Origin: an uncultured Acidobacteriota bacterium
GTDB lineage: Bacteria > Acidobacteriota > Vicinamibacteria > Vicinamibacterales > SCN-69-37
NCBI GenBank assembly: GCA_963798795.1
Contig: CAWCUZ010000002.1
Coordinates: 11,169 to 75,168, forward strand
Length of the DNA: 64,000 nucleotides
Reading direction: 5' to 3'
Shown here: piece by piece, positions 63,558 through 64,000 of the stretch
Numbering within the stretch: the first letter of the stretch is position 1
Layout of the letters: each line of letters starts with the position of its first letter
Notes under the pieces: model-generated
Told to the model about the DNA's origin: nothing
What the model saw: the letters and a program-made list of their open reading frames with translations, nothing else
Database searches by the model: none
Translations under genes and position numbers: made by a program

Positions 63558-64000
63558 GTGCGTGCGCTGGCCGTCTGTCAGGACGAGCTGGTCATCCGAA
63601 CGCTGCACCGGGTCCTGTCGGGCGCGTTCGACATCGACTTCCTCGTAGAAAGCCGCCCGCTGGCTCGTCGACTCGTCGACGACGGCGTCTCGGCCACCGT
63701 GGCCGATCCCAAGCGAATCGACTCTTATCTGCGCGCCGACCTGACGCCGAACACGTGCGTCATCGTGCAGGACAGCGGCAAGAAGAGCCTCAAGCGGGTG
63801 GTCACGGCCATCCGGGACGCCGGCGGCATTCTGATCTACGTGCTCCACGTCGGCGGCGCCCCGACCCGCAAGAGCCTGGACGACCTGCGGGCCGTGGCGC
63901 CCGAGATCAATCACCTCGATCTCGCGGAGCTCCTCTCGGCCTCGCTCACGACCGAGCTGGGCCGGTCGCTGACGCGCGCGCGCGTGCAGCAGTACCAGCG
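63558..64000 (+). CDS. Hypothetical protein, 3' end cut by the window edge (Rossmann/receiver-like N-terminal domain?)
   Basis: The frame is open from GTG 63558 to the window end (147 codons, no stop) with strong GC3 bias. It reads VRALAVCQDELVIRTLHRVL...CVIVQDSGKKSLKRVVTAIRDAGGILIYVL... It is missing from the ORF track only because it lacks a stop. The antisense ORF 63543..63914 is Arg/Asp-rich junk. Confidence 0.5.
   Translation, partial: MRALAVCQDELVIRTLHRVLSGAFDIDFLVESRPLARRLVDDGVSATVADPKRIDSYLRADLTPNTCVIVQDSGKKSLKRVVTAIRDAGGILIYVLHVGGAPTRKSLDDLRAVAPEINHLDLAELLSASLTTELGRSLTRARVQQYQ

Noticed and set aside
1-64000. CRISPR arrays, transposases/IS elements, prophage genes, toxin-antitoxin pairs and recognisable defence systems.
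   Set aside because: No spaced direct repeats were seen, and no ORF shows DDE/serine/tyrosine recombinase, Cas, restriction-modification or other defence signatures. The only repeats found are the 11-mer palindromic array and the intragenic 564-bp duplication.

Overview
This is a high-GC (roughly 68-70 %) bacterial chromosomal window. It is most likely from an Acidobacteriota-like organism. That is an inference from gene content: a VWFA-related acidobacterial-type protein, an MFP/ABC-ATPase pair with no permease, and a PEP-CTERM-locus-type EPS gene set. The window is dominated by one ~31-kb, ~24-gene exopolysaccharide (EPS) locus on the minus strand (12.2-43.2 kb). Most genes in it are joined by ATGA/GTGA start-stop overlaps. 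A NusG-like antiterminator paralog heads the locus. It then encodes an outer-membrane beta-barrel, a short OPX exporter, a chain-length determinant, a BY-kinase that runs in frame into the initiating sugar transferase, two methyltransferases, a Wzy-like polymerase, a Wzx flippase, five or six glycosyltransferases (one fused to an LMW tyrosine phosphatase), two AsnB-type amidotransferases, an ATP-grasp ligase, a FemAB-like acyltransferase, a degenerate adenylate-forming enzyme, two polysaccharide deacetylases, a heparinase II/III-like protein and a UDP-sugar 6-dehydrogenase. The left flank carries a USP fragment, a decayed P-type ATPase/CaCA chimera, a Zn-ADH, a second ATP-grasp paralog, an RsbT-like kinase + RsbU_N-PAS histidine kinase + NarL regulator operon, and a ~3.7-kb secreted multi-domain protein gene with an internal 564-bp tandem duplication. 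The right flank carries a GT-C-like membrane protein, a CysJ-like flavoprotein, DUF2207, rsgA, MFP + ABC ATPase, a REC-Fis regulator, deoC, an rpiB-like gene, hpt, upp, citryl-CoA lyase, tRNA-Val(CAC), DUF948/YtxH, mlaDFE, uvrB and a VWA protein. I found no CRISPR array, transposase, integrase or rRNA. About a dozen conserved genes are broken by 1-nt frameshifts. These may be consensus indel errors rather than biology, so every pseudogene call and fusion claim needs read-level confirmation. All functional calls rest on motif recognition by eye; no database search was possible.
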